A stretch of 64,000 nucleotides of DNA. Origin: an uncultured beta proteobacterium. Its GTDB lineage: Bacteria; Pseudomonadota; Gammaproteobacteria; Burkholderiales; Burkholderiaceae. The translations under genes were made by a program, and so were the position numbers. Position 1 is the stretch's first letter. Each line of letters opens with the position of its first letter. The stretch covers positions 5,377-69,376 of the forward strand of contig CAIPQU010000012.1 of assembly GCA_903867305.1 (NCBI GenBank). Direction: 5' to 3'. Below the pieces are notes generated by a model. The model did no database searches and was not told the DNA's origin. It was given only the letters and a program-made list of their open reading frames with translations. This document shows positions 8,463 to 18,119 of this stretch, one piece after another.

Positions 8463-10849
8463 GATGGAGATTTTTGTAAAGCATGCCATATTTTATTGGA
8501 TGTGAAAGGCATTTCTATACCTCGTACCCCAACAGATCCTAAGGCATCCATCATCGCACTGGTGATTGCTGCAGGAGCACCTATAGTTCCTGACTCACCG
8601 CATCCTTTAACCCCCAAAGGATTATGTGTACAAGGTTGAGTTTCATCGGCCTCTGAAAGAAAGTCGGGCAATATATCAGCCCGTGGCATTGCATAATCCA
8701 TAAAAGAACCCGTCATTATCTGACCTGAGTCTGGCTCATAAACAGCACTCTCAAATAAAGCCTGCCCAATACCTTGGGCAATAGCACCGTGCACTTGTCC
8801 TTCAACAATCATCGGATTAATCACTGTACCGACATCATCTATGGCAATGTAAGAAAGCAACTTGGTGACACCAGTTTGAGGATTGATTTCAATCTCACAT
8901 GCTTGCGCACCATTGGACCAAGTCAGATTTGGTGGGTCAAAGAATGCATTTTCGTGAAGCACTGGCTCCATTCCAGGAGGTAAATTATGTGCATAGGTAG
9001 CTGCACGTGCAACTTGGTACCAGTCCAATTTTTCGTTTGATTTGTGAGATATAAAATAACCTAATCCATCATTGACTTGATGCTCAACATCGACCACATC
9101 ACAGCCAAGCAAGTGCGCAGCTAATAACTTCGCTTTATCAATAATTTTTTTACAAGCCATTGTCATCGCTCCACCTGCAATAACCATTGACCTCGATCCA
9201 AAGGTTCCTGTTCCATAAGGAACTCGACCGGTATCACCTTCTACTAATTCAATCATCGATAAAGGCAATCCAATTTTTGAAGCAATCACCTGTGGGAATG
9301 TCGTCGCATGTGCTTGACCATGACTATGCGTACCACACATTAACAAAATGCTTCCATCTGCAGATACACGAATATCTGCAGAATCAAAAAAGCCAGCTCT
9401 AGCACCAAACATCCCTGCATACTTTGAAGGTGCTACACCAGAACTTTCTAGAAAATAACAAATGCCAAACCCACGTATCATGCCATTTTCTTTTGAAATA
9501 GCACGGCGTTTTTCAAATCCAGCAAAGTCAGATGCAACTAGAGCCCGATCGAAAAGACGTTGAAAGTCACCACTGTCATAAATAGGACCTAATGGAGTTG
9601 CATAGGGCATCTCACTCGATTTAATGAAATTTTTACTGCGCAGTTCCATACGATCTATACCAGTTTGTATGGCGGCTTCTTCTATTAATCTCTCTAAAAC
9701 GAAACATGCTTCAGGTCGTCCCGCGCCACGATAGGCGTCTGTTGGAACCGTATTGGTAAACATCGCATCGACTTCTGCAAATACCGCAGGAATTTTATAA
9801 GGTCCTGACAAAACTGCGGTATAGACGGTTGTTGGTACTGCAGCCCCAACCGTAGAAATATAAGCCCCAACAGCGGCATAAGTTTTTACACGAACGCCAA
9901 GGATGTGACCTTTTTCATCTAAGGCCATTTCAGCAGAAGTCATATGATCTCGAGCTTGGTAGTCGCTAATAAATGCTTCACTTCGTGTCGAAGTCCACTT
10001 TAAGGTTAACTTCAATTTTTTACAGGCCCAGGCCAGAATAGTTTCTTCGGGATATAACTTTCCTTTAGTGCCAAAACCACCACCCACATCTGGCGCAATC
10101 ACCCGTATTGAATTTTCCGGAAGATTTAATTGCTCTGAAGTTAATTTACGGATGTGATGTGGTACTTGTGTTGCAGACCAAATCGTGAGCTCATGTCCAT
10201 CGTCTCCTAAAGATGGTGAAACTTGGGCAAGAACAGCTCTTGGTTCAATAGCAGCACAAACAATACGATGATTTTTAATTTCGACACGCACATGATGTTT
10301 AGCTTTAGCAAAAGCCGCATCCACAGGCTCTTTCGCTCCGCGGTGAAATTTCACACAAAGATTATTCGGCGCTTGTGAATGCAATTGTGGGGCAGATTCT
10401 TTTGCCGCGTCTCGAACATTCACAACAGCATCAAGGACTTCATAATCTACTATGATGAGTTCCGTAGCGTCCAATGCCTGATGGGCTGTTTTTGCAACCA
10501 CCATCGCAACAATTTCACCAACGTGGCGAACGCGATCAATCGTGATGGAATACCGAGGGGGCTCATTCATTTGAGAACCCTCTGCGCCAGGAATGATCCA
10601 CAGTGGCGTCATTTTACCAACGCCATCATTGAACATATCCTGTCCAGTCAGTACCGCATATACACCAAGCGCTTTTTGTGCGTCTGAGACATTGATGCTC
10701 TTAATAAGTGCATGTGCATGTGGCGACCGTAAGAAAGCACAGTAATATGTATTTTCAGGAAGAAGATCTGCAACAAATTGCCCCTTACCCTTTAATAATC
10801 GATTATCTTCCCGACGTAAGACCGTTTGACCAATTCCTTGAGGATGCAT
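8459..10849 (-). CDS. Molybdenum hydroxylase large subunit (xanthine dehydrogenase family, CoxL form II-like)
   Basis: 796 aa with DVGGGFGTK, AYRGAGRPE (form II signature, not AYXCSFR), HGQAHAT, GSRS and GVKGCGE. Confidence 0.92.
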   Translation of the reverse strand: MHPQGIGQTVLRREDNRLLKGKGQFVADLLPENTYYCAFLRSPHAHALIKSINVSDAQKALGVYAVLTGQDMFNDGVGKMTPLWIIPGAEGSQMNEPPRYSITIDRVRHVGEIVAMVVAKTAHQALDATELIIVDYEVLDAVVNVRDAAKESAPQLHSQAPNNLCVKFHRGAKEPVDAAFAKAKHHVRVEIKNHRIVCAAIEPRAVLAQVSPSLGDDGHELTIWSATQVPHHIRKLTSEQLNLPENSIRVIAPDVGGGFGTKGKLYPEETILAWACKKLKLTLKWTSTRSEAFISDYQARDHMTSAEMALDEKGHILGVRVKTYAAVGAYISTVGAAVPTTVYTAVLSGPYKIPAVFAEVDAMFTNTVPTDAYRGAGRPEACFVLERLIEEAAIQTGIDRMELRSKNFIKSSEMPYATPLGPIYDSGDFQRLFDRALVASDFAGFEKRRAISKENGMIRGFGICYFLESSGVAPSKYAGMFGARAGFFDSADIRVSADGSILLMCGTHSHGQAHATTFPQVIASKIGLPLSMIELVEGDTGRVPYGTGTFGSRSMVIAGGAMTMACKKIIDKAKLLAAHLLGCDVVDVEHQVNDGLGYFISHKSNEKLDWYQVARAATYAHNLPPGMEPVLHENAFFDPPNLTWSNGAQACEIEINPQTGVTKLLSYIAIDDVGTVINPMIVEGQVHGAIAQGIGQALFESAVYEPDSGQIMTGSFMDYAMPRADILPDFLSEADETQPCTHNPLGVKGCGESGTIGAPAAITSAMMDALGSVGVRGIEMPFTSNKIWHALQKSPS

Positions 10850-10979
10850 GTAATTCCTTAAATATAAAAAAGGTGCTATATATGTTAATTTATTAAAAAA
10901 TAATTAAATCAAAAAATAATGTTATCTTAGTTTTAAATACATCACAAGAAAGTCAAAAAAAATACCACTTGGAGCCTTT

Positions 10980-11948
10980 ATGAATCTCATGAAAAATTGT
11001 TTGATCTCGTTAATGATTTTGTTATTTGGTACATTCTCAGCGTTGAGCATTGCCCAGCAAAAAATGAAAATGGGATTGTTTATCGCATCTTCTGCACTTC
11101 CCTACTTTATCGCTAAAGAAAGGGGTTATTTTGCAGCAGAGGGTTTAGATGTTGAAGGAGTTCCCCTAGCAACTCAACCACTAGTCGTTCAGGGTATAGT
11201 CACAGGTGATTTAGATGCGGGATCGAATTTATTATCTCTTGAGGGTGCAAATATTAATGCTATTCGACCCGATACGTTGAAATATATTTCATTAAATTGC
11301 CAAAACGTCAAATATCAACTTGAGGCTTATGTGGTTCCTGTAAACAGCCCTATTAAGACTATAGCTGAATTGAAGGGTAAAAGAATCATGTCTGCGCCTG
11401 GACCTGGAAATCTTTTCGTAGCTAAAGGGGTTCTTAAAGCTGTTGGCTTAGATGAAAAAGATTATCAAATGCAAGAACAACAAATGAGCGTTCACATTGG
11501 TGCGTTGCAGTCTGGCCAATATGATGCGGTTTACACCCTTGAACCGATCGTCAGCATGATGGTTTCTCAAGGTATTGGCCGTAAGCTTGAGAGCGGTGTG
11601 ATTGCAAAATATATGCTCGGAAAACCTGATGCTTGCGCAGTCCTTGGTGGCGGAGTTCTCAGTTCTAAATTTATTAAAGAGTATCCACAAGCTGCGGAAA
11701 GATTTGCAAGAGCGTGGGCAAAAGCGTTGAACGATGGCAACAATGATCCTAAAGCACGTGATTTACTTGTCAAATACATGAACACGTCAGCAAGTATTGC
11801 TCAGACGGTTCCTTTATCACACTACAATATGATTAAAGACTTAAAACCTCAGGATCTTGCAGATTTTCAGAATTTAATTGATCAAGCAACTGCATATGGA
11901 CTCGTCAAAGAGAAAATAGATGCTAAATCCTTCATCAAAGTATATTAA
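10980..11948 (+). CDS. NitT/TauT (NMT1/SsuA-like) ABC transporter substrate-binding protein
   Basis: Signal peptide, ALPYFIAKERGYFAAEGLDVE and IKTIAELKGKRI motifs; first gene of an ABC trio. Confidence 0.88.
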   Translation: MNLMKNCLISLMILLFGTFSALSIAQQKMKMGLFIASSALPYFIAKERGYFAAEGLDVEGVPLATQPLVVQGIVTGDLDAGSNLLSLEGANINAIRPDTLKYISLNCQNVKYQLEAYVVPVNSPIKTIAELKGKRIMSAPGPGNLFVAKGVLKAVGLDEKDYQMQEQQMSVHIGALQSGQYDAVYTLEPIVSMMVSQGIGRKLESGVIAKYMLGKPDACAVLGGGVLSSKFIKEYPQAAERFARAWAKALNDGNNDPKARDLLVKYMNTSASIAQTVPLSHYNMIKDLKPQDLADFQNLIDQATAYGLVKEKIDAKSFIKVY

Positions 11949-11953
11949 ATTTT

Positions 11954-12718
11954 ATGACATTGAAAAAATCACTAGAGCCTCTAGAACCATTAACTGGGGC
12001 TTTAGTTTTTATCTTTATTTGGTGGCTTTGCACTTCGCTAAAGTTGGTTGATCCCATCTTATTACCATCCCCGCAAGCATCAGCTAAAGCCATGTGGACT
12101 GGCCTTACTACTGGCACTTTAATGCACGACATGATCATCACGATTCGGCGCACCATTTATGCTTTTTTAATTGCTGTTGTGATTTGTGTGCCTCTTGGAC
12201 TTGTTTTAGGTAGTTCAGCTCGAATTTATCGATCTTGTGAATTTGTGATTGATTTTTTTCGCTCAACACCAGCTTCCGCCCTATTCCCCCTATTTTTAGT
12301 TATTTTAGGCGTAGGTGAAAATACTAAAGTCGCTGTTGCTGCTTTCGGTGCGGGATTATTAATTCTTTTTAATACTGCCTATGGTGTGATGAATGCGAGA
12401 AAAGTCCGACAAGCTGCTGCTAGAGTCATGGGAGCGTCAAGTTTGAAAATACTTGGTGGAGTAACACTACTTGAATCACTCCCACAAACTTTCGTTGGTA
12501 TGCGCTCTGGAATATCCTTTTCTTTAGTGATTGTCATCGTTGCTGAGATGTTCATTGGCTCCACAGATGGTCTTGGCCAAAGGGTCATCAATGCACAAAT
12601 GATTTTTAATATGCCGGAAATGTATGCGACGATTTTTAGCGCTGGAGCATTAGGCTATGGATTAAATCTGCTCTTTATTCTTGCAGAAAGACACTTCGTT
12701 CATTGGGGTGGTAAATAA
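11954..12718 (+). CDS. NitT/TauT ABC transporter permease
   Basis: Hydrophobic; LLPSP, EAA-loop-like QAAARVMGAS and AEMF..GLG. Confidence 0.92.
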   Translation: MTLKKSLEPLEPLTGALVFIFIWWLCTSLKLVDPILLPSPQASAKAMWTGLTTGTLMHDMIITIRRTIYAFLIAVVICVPLGLVLGSSARIYRSCEFVIDFFRSTPASALFPLFLVILGVGENTKVAVAAFGAGLLILFNTAYGVMNARKVRQAAARVMGASSLKILGGVTLLESLPQTFVGMRSGISFSLVIVIVAEMFIGSTDGLGQRVINAQMIFNMPEMYATIFSAGALGYGLNLLFILAERHFVHWGGK

Positions 12719-12748
12719 TCGTGCGTTTCTTAAAACAATAAAGACATC

Positions 12749-13510
12749 ATGCCTGCCCATATCCAAATCCGTGGTTTAAATAAATCTTTTGCTGGACAAA
12801 CGCTGTATTCCAATTTCGACCTAGACCTTCCTCACGGCAAAATTACTTCTATCTTTGGTCCAAATGGTTGTGGAAAATCCACACTGATTAACATGGTTTC
12901 AGGTTTGACTCCCATGGATAGCGGTCAAGTTCTTTTTGATGGAAAAACACTAGCTCAAACTGTGATTGGCTATGTCTTTCAAAATTACCGCGACGCTCTT
13001 TTCCCTTGGAAAAAAGCCATCGATAATATTAAATATCCACTTCAAATAGCGAAGAAGCCTTCTGGTGAGATTGAAGCAAGAACACAAGAACTGATTCAAT
13101 CTTTTGATGTTCGATTTGATTTAAATCGTTATCCCTACGAATTATCTGGTGGTCAGCAACAGTTGATTTCGATTATGAGAGCCCTAGCACCTCATCCAGA
13201 AGTACTCTTTTTAGATGAGCCTTTTTCTGCGCTGGATTATGAAATGACACTATTTATGCGAGATAAACTTCAGGCGATTTTTGAAGCAACAAAAACCACC
13301 ATGATTCTTGTCTCTCATGATCTCGATGAGGCTGTTTATTTATCTGATCACATTCTCATGCTGACACGGCGTCCTACGAGAATTGCACGCGAAATAGAAT
13401 TTACAGCACCAAGACCTCGTCAACCCATTACGCTGACTTCTGAATTGTTCAATCAAGTTAAAGGGCAATGCCTAGAAATCTTCCAAAAAGAGATTAAAGT
13501 AATAGATTAG
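12749..13510 (+). CDS. ABC transporter ATP-binding protein
   Basis: Walker A GPNGCGKS, signature LSGGQQQ, Walker B LFLDEPF and H-loop VSHD. Confidence 0.96.
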   Translation: MPAHIQIRGLNKSFAGQTLYSNFDLDLPHGKITSIFGPNGCGKSTLINMVSGLTPMDSGQVLFDGKTLAQTVIGYVFQNYRDALFPWKKAIDNIKYPLQIAKKPSGEIEARTQELIQSFDVRFDLNRYPYELSGGQQQLISIMRALAPHPEVLFLDEPFSALDYEMTLFMRDKLQAIFEATKTTMILVSHDLDEAVYLSDHILMLTRRPTRIAREIEFTAPRPRQPITLTSELFNQVKGQCLEIFQKEIKVID

Positions 13511-13543
13511 AATCATGAAACATTATAAAAAAGGAGATATCCT

Positions 13544-14020
13544 ATGAGCATCCAAGTCTCGATGACCATCAATGGCCAAGCCATTTCACATGAGGTCGAA
13601 GAGCGCACGCTATTAGTGAACTTCATTCGTGATCATTGCCGCCTGACAGGGACTCATGTGGGTTGTGATACTGCTCAATGTGGTGCCTGCACGATTCATC
13701 TTAACGGTCGCGCCATTAAAAGTTGTAGCATTTTGGCGATGCAGGCACAGGGTGCTGCAATTACGACTATTGAAGGTGTATCAATCGATGACCAATTGCA
13801 TCCAATGCAAGAAGCATTTAAAACCCATCACGGTTTGCAATGTGGTTATTGCACACCCGGAATGATTATGAGCGCGATTGATCTGGTAAACAATTTCCCT
13901 AACCCAAGTAAAGAACTGATTCGTGAACAACTCGATGGGAATTTGTGTAGATGTACTGGTTATCACAATATTGTTGTAGCGATTCAAGAAGCCGCAAAAG
14001 TAATGAGTCCTTCTAACTAA
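13544..14020 (+). CDS. Molybdenum hydroxylase small [2Fe-2S] subunit (CoxS-like)
   Basis: [19 protein letters not shown] and CRCTGY motifs. Confidence 0.95.
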   Translation: MSIQVSMTINGQAISHEVEERTLLVNFIRDHCRLTGTHVGCDTAQCGACTIHLNGRAIKSCSILAMQAQGAAITTIEGVSIDDQLHPMQEAFKTHHGLQCGYCTPGMIMSAIDLVNNFPNPSKELIREQLDGNLCRCTGYHNIVVAIQEAAKVMSPSN

Positions 14021-14039
14021 GATTATTTCGGAGCATTTT

Positions 14040-14834
14040 ATGTATCCTTTTTCGTTTCATCATACAAAATCGATTCCTGAGTCGGTATCGTTAAAAAAAG
14101 AACTTTCAGAGGCCAAATATATTGCTGGTGGTCAAAGTTTAGTTGGGGTTCTGAAACTCAGGCTTGATAAACCTTCGGAACTAATCAACCTAGGATCAAT
14201 ACGTGAACTTTCAGGTATTTGTATCGAAGGTAAAACTCTGACGATTGGAGCAATGACTAGACATGCTGAAGTTGCTGCTTCATCTGATGTGAAATCTTGT
14301 ATTCCTGGAGTAGCTCAATTAGCAGGTCTGATAGCAGATCGAATGGTTCGTAATATGGGTACGATTGGTGGATCTGTTGCAAATAATGATCCTTCGGCTG
14401 ATTATCCCGCTGCTGTATTAGGATTAAATGCCACCATTATTACCAATCAACGCGAAATACAAGCGGATGATTTCTTTATTGGTATGTTTGAAACAGCTCT
14501 TGAACCAAGTGAATTAATTCAATCAATTCGCTTTACTGCGCCAATTAAATCAGCCTACGCAAAATTCAAACACCCTGCATCAAGGTATGCCGTAGTCGGA
14601 GTTTTTGTTGCCCAATTTCCAAATGAAGTTCGAGTTGCTGTTACCGGTGCAGGAGCTTCCGTTTTCCGTCATACAGAAATGGAAAAAGCTCTTTCTAAAG
14701 ATTTTTCTACAAGTGCTATTGAACCCATTCAGATTTCTGCTCAAGGTCTTAACTCTGACTTTTTTGCGGATTCACAATACAGAGCCCATTTAATGAAATC
14801 AATGGCAATACAAGCCGTGAATAACGCAAAATAA
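14040..14834 (+). CDS. Molybdenum hydroxylase FAD subunit (CoxM-like)
   Basis: [21 protein letters not shown] and KHPASRYA motifs. Confidence 0.94.
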   Translation: MYPFSFHHTKSIPESVSLKKELSEAKYIAGGQSLVGVLKLRLDKPSELINLGSIRELSGICIEGKTLTIGAMTRHAEVAASSDVKSCIPGVAQLAGLIADRMVRNMGTIGGSVANNDPSADYPAAVLGLNATIITNQREIQADDFFIGMFETALEPSELIQSIRFTAPIKSAYAKFKHPASRYAVVGVFVAQFPNEVRVAVTGAGASVFRHTEMEKALSKDFSTSAIEPIQISAQGLNSDFFADSQYRAHLMKSMAIQAVNNAK

Positions 14835-14851
14835 CATTACTAGGAATTAAT

Positions 14852-15946
14852 ATGGCAATTGACGTCGTTAAAGTTGAAATTAAAAGTGTCTCAGATGCAT
14901 CGGGTCTGATACATCATATTGAATCTGGCAGGTTCAAGGCTGATGAAGTTATTGCTGTTATTGGAAAAACCGAAGGTAATGGCGGCGTGAATGATTTCAC
15001 AAGAATCTTATCCGATCAAGCTTTTCGGGAGGTTCTGTTAAAACATGGTACTAGAACAGCGGCCCAGATTCGTGAAATCCCCATGGTTTGGTCAGGTGGT
15101 TGTGATGGTGTCATCACTCCCCATGCAACCATCTTTGCTCAAGTTCAAGATTCAACTACTTCTCAAGAAAGTAGATTAGTCATTGGGACTGCCCTCAGCC
15201 CACGCATTTATCCAGAAGATATTGGACGACTTTCAATGGTAGAAAAAGTCAAGCAAGGTGTTTTACTTGCGATGAAACAGGCAGGGATTGATGACCCTAA
15301 AGATGTTCATTATGTACAAACGAAAACACCACTATTGACTATCGAAACTGTCCTCGACGCTAAATCTCGCGGTAAAACATTAGCTTGTGAAGTACATGAC
15401 TCGATGGGAGTCTCTAATGGTACTACTGCACTAGGGATTGCCGTTGCTCTTGGCGAAATTGCTATGCCTACTGAAGATGATATATGTGAGAATCTGGATT
15501 TATATTCTTCCGTATCTTCTTGCTCTTCAGGAGTTGAATTAGATTTTGCACAAATTGTTCTTCTTGGAAATAAATCGGGTGCTGGCGGAAACTTTAAGAT
15601 AGGTCATAGTGTGATGCGAGATGCGATTGACATCGACGGTATCTATGATGCTATTCGCTCAGCCGGTTTAGATCTTCCTGAACGTCCTAGATCAACAGAC
15701 TTAAAAGGAAAACTCGTCAATTGCTTCATCAAGTGTGAAGCGGACCATACTGGCAAACTTCGTGGTCGCCGTCAAATCATGTTAGATGACTCTGATGTAC
15801 ATCATCACCGACATTCTAAAGCAGCTGTTGGAGGCGTTGCTGCTGCTGCGATTGGTGATCCCGCTGTATTTGTCTCTGTGGATGCGATGCATCAAGGTCC
15901 ACGCGGTGGTGGCCCTGTGATTGCTATTGTCGATTTAGGAAATTAA
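14852..15946 (+). CDS. Ring-opening cyclic amide hydrolase (AtzD/barbiturase family), barbiturase-type
   Basis: [63 protein letters not shown] and [11 protein letters not shown] motifs. Confidence 0.9.
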   Translation: MAIDVVKVEIKSVSDASGLIHHIESGRFKADEVIAVIGKTEGNGGVNDFTRILSDQAFREVLLKHGTRTAAQIREIPMVWSGGCDGVITPHATIFAQVQDSTTSQESRLVIGTALSPRIYPEDIGRLSMVEKVKQGVLLAMKQAGIDDPKDVHYVQTKTPLLTIETVLDAKSRGKTLACEVHDSMGVSNGTTALGIAVALGEIAMPTEDDICENLDLYSSVSSCSSGVELDFAQIVLLGNKSGAGGNFKIGHSVMRDAIDIDGIYDAIRSAGLDLPERPRSTDLKGKLVNCFIKCEADHTGKLRGRRQIMLDDSDVHHHRHSKAAVGGVAAAAIGDPAVFVSVDAMHQGPRGGGPVIAIVDLGN

Positions 15947-15971
15947 CAGCTTATTTCATTAACAGCTGATT

Positions 15972-16451
15972 TTATGAATAGGAATTAGGGTCAAAAAAAC
16001 TTGTTCCTGCAATATAACGTTTTCCATCAGACATATCTGGAAGCGGCCCTTTTTCAATTTTTCCTTCAAAGGTTAATTCGAGTTGCACGCCGCTGGGATC
16101 ATAGACAAATAATTGCCATATGGTCGTGTTAGGAACTAAGAACTCTCGATATGGCAATCCCATCTCGATAAATTTTTCTCTAAATTCATGATACCCAGAA
16201 CATGAAAAAGATATATGATCAATTGCAGCAGTACCTAATGGAGTCTTACCATCCGCCCCCAAAGCAGGACCTCCAGCATAACAATGAAGTATCGCTTGCC
16301 CCCCAGGGATCGGAGCTGCAAGCCAAGCACCAGGAAAGCCAAAATCAGGGCGATAAATATCTATCAAACCTAAAACCTTGGTATAAAACTCTTTCGTTGC
16401 CTCTAAATTATTTGTTTTTACAGCGATATGAAATAAACCATTCGTTATCAT
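15972..16451 (-). CDS. VOC (glyoxalase/bleomycin-resistance-like) protein
   Basis: FHIAVKT, LHCY, IDHISF and DPSGVQLEL paired beta-alpha-beta-beta-beta metal-ligand pattern. Confidence 0.85.
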   Translation of the reverse strand: MITNGLFHIAVKTNNLEATKEFYTKVLGLIDIYRPDFGFPGAWLAAPIPGGQAILHCYAGGPALGADGKTPLGTAAIDHISFSCSGYHEFREKFIEMGLPYREFLVPNTTIWQLFVYDPSGVQLELTFEGKIEKGPLPDMSDGKRYIAGTSFFDPNSYS

Positions 16452-16464
16452 GAACTACCCCTAT

Positions 16465-16848
16465 TTAAACTTTATCGATCAAACTAACATGGGCTGAAAC
16501 AATTCGCCAACCATCCGCAGTTCTTACCCAGGTTTGCGATTGACGTCCAATTTTTCCAGGAACAGTTTCTCTTTCAAATAAGGTATTAGCAGTTGCTAGA
16601 TCATTTCCAAAAGTTGTAATAACAGTTTTACTGAGACTTCTTAATAATCCTTTTGATGGTCTAGCCGCTCTAAAAGCAGCAATTTCGCCAAAGCCATAAA
16701 GATTTTCATTCATTCCATAACGGATCACTAGGGGGTTATTCCAAAAGGAATCATCTAAGATATTAATCTTATTGTGAATCAAAGCGTCCTCATATTGATC
16801 AAATAACGCTTGAACTTCAGCTACTACATTAGGGATGTTAATTTGCAT
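16465..16848 (-). CDS. AtzH-like / HpxZ (DUF3225, NTF2-like) protein
   Basis: 127 aa with FDQYEDAL, IRYGMNENLYGFGEIAAFR and GRQSQTWVR..GWRIVSAHVS. Confidence 0.9.
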   Translation of the reverse strand: MQINIPNVVAEVQALFDQYEDALIHNKINILDDSFWNNPLVIRYGMNENLYGFGEIAAFRAARPSKGLLRSLSKTVITTFGNDLATANTLFERETVPGKIGRQSQTWVRTADGWRIVSAHVSLIDKV

Positions 16849-17055
16849 TGATAGATCTCAAATTCATAAGTGGTAAAGTTTCATTCTAGTATAAGCCAAG
16901 CAGAAACATGATAGCCTGACTAAGAATAATCCTGAATTGATTTTGTCGGCAAAAGATACTAAGCTTACGATCATCAATTTAATGATTGAGTAGTTTTTAT
17001 CAAGGCTGGTAGACTATTCACAAATTATATCTTTTAAAAAGAAACGAGACGATCT

Positions 17056-18090
17056 ATGAAACAAATAATGAAAAGCCTAATTCTCTTATTCGGTTTTTTT
17101 ATCTTGGGTACTGCTACTGCCCAAACAAAACCACTTGATCTTAATATTTCTCAAGTTGGATCATTCCATATTGGAGGAAGATTTGTTGAAGTTTCTGGCA
17201 AACCAACGAAAGAGGTAGTCTTTAGTCCGGGAAGTGCTCCAGCAAAAATAGATCCTAATGGTAAATATCTTGTGGAGCAAATGTATGTGCAGTACTTTAT
17301 TCCCAAAGATGTTAAACATCAATTGCCAATATTGCTTTGGCATGGCGGTGGCCTATCAGGGGTGACTTATGAAACCACTCCTGATGGAAGGCCCGGATGG
17401 CAGCAATATTTTATCAGTCAAGGTTGGAAGACTTATGTCTCTGATGCGGTTGAAAGAGGACGCTCGGGTTGGGCGTCGCCTGATATTTGGCCTTCTGATC
17501 CTCAATTTTTAACGATTGATAACCCATGGCATCGATTCCGAATTGGTGCTAATGCTTGGAATGATGACCCTGTCAAAAGAGCACAATACCCCGGTAGCCA
17601 ATTCCCTCCAGAAGGCTATTTAAACTTTATGCGTCAAGTCGTTCCCCGTTGGACTACCACCGATGAGGCAACGATTGCAGCCTATACAGAATTAGTGGAT
17701 AAGGTATGTCCATGTATCGTTCTCGTTCATAGTCAGGGTGGGCAATTTGGTCAAAAAGTAGCTCAAGCACGACCAGATAAAGTCAAAGCGCTGATTTTAG
17801 TTGAACCTGCGGGATTTGGTGATCCTAATAAGGCGAGCGCACTGAAGAATATTCCCATTCTCACCATCTATGGAGACTATATTGATATCGATTCACGTTG
17901 GCCAAAGATTCGGCAAACACAGATGGAGTTGAATCAAAAATATATCGCCGCAGGGGCTAGTGTCGAGGTGATCAACCTGCCTGAAATAGGCATCAAGGGC
18001 AACTCCCACATGATGATGATGGACCGTAATAACCTTCAAATTGCAGGGATCATAGAAGACTGGCTAAAGAAAAAAGGTTTTAGAGATTAG
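17056..18090 (+). CDS. Exported alpha/beta hydrolase (esterase-like)
   Basis: Signal peptide, HGGG oxyanion motif, nucleophile elbow VHSQGG and C-terminal GNSHMMM His. Confidence 0.85.
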   Translation: MKQIMKSLILLFGFFILGTATAQTKPLDLNISQVGSFHIGGRFVEVSGKPTKEVVFSPGSAPAKIDPNGKYLVEQMYVQYFIPKDVKHQLPILLWHGGGLSGVTYETTPDGRPGWQQYFISQGWKTYVSDAVERGRSGWASPDIWPSDPQFLTIDNPWHRFRIGANAWNDDPVKRAQYPGSQFPPEGYLNFMRQVVPRWTTTDEATIAAYTELVDKVCPCIVLVHSQGGQFGQKVAQARPDKVKALILVEPAGFGDPNKASALKNIPILTIYGDYIDIDSRWPKIRQTQMELNQKYIAAGASVEVINLPEIGIKGNSHMMMMDRNNLQIAGIIEDWLKKKGFRD

Positions 18091-18119
18091 CATTTAAATT
18101 AGAAAAGTATCAAGATGAA

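Noticed and set aside
8459-14834. Aerobic CO dehydrogenase (coxLMS)
   Set aside because: The active-site loop is AYRGAGR, not the form I AYXCSFR, and no coxDEFG accessory genes are present.
14852-16848. Cyanuric acid/atrazine degradation (atzD-atzH)
   Set aside because: The hydrolase lacks the two Arg specificity residues of AtzD, and no atzE/atzG/atzF or biuret hydrolase is adjacent.
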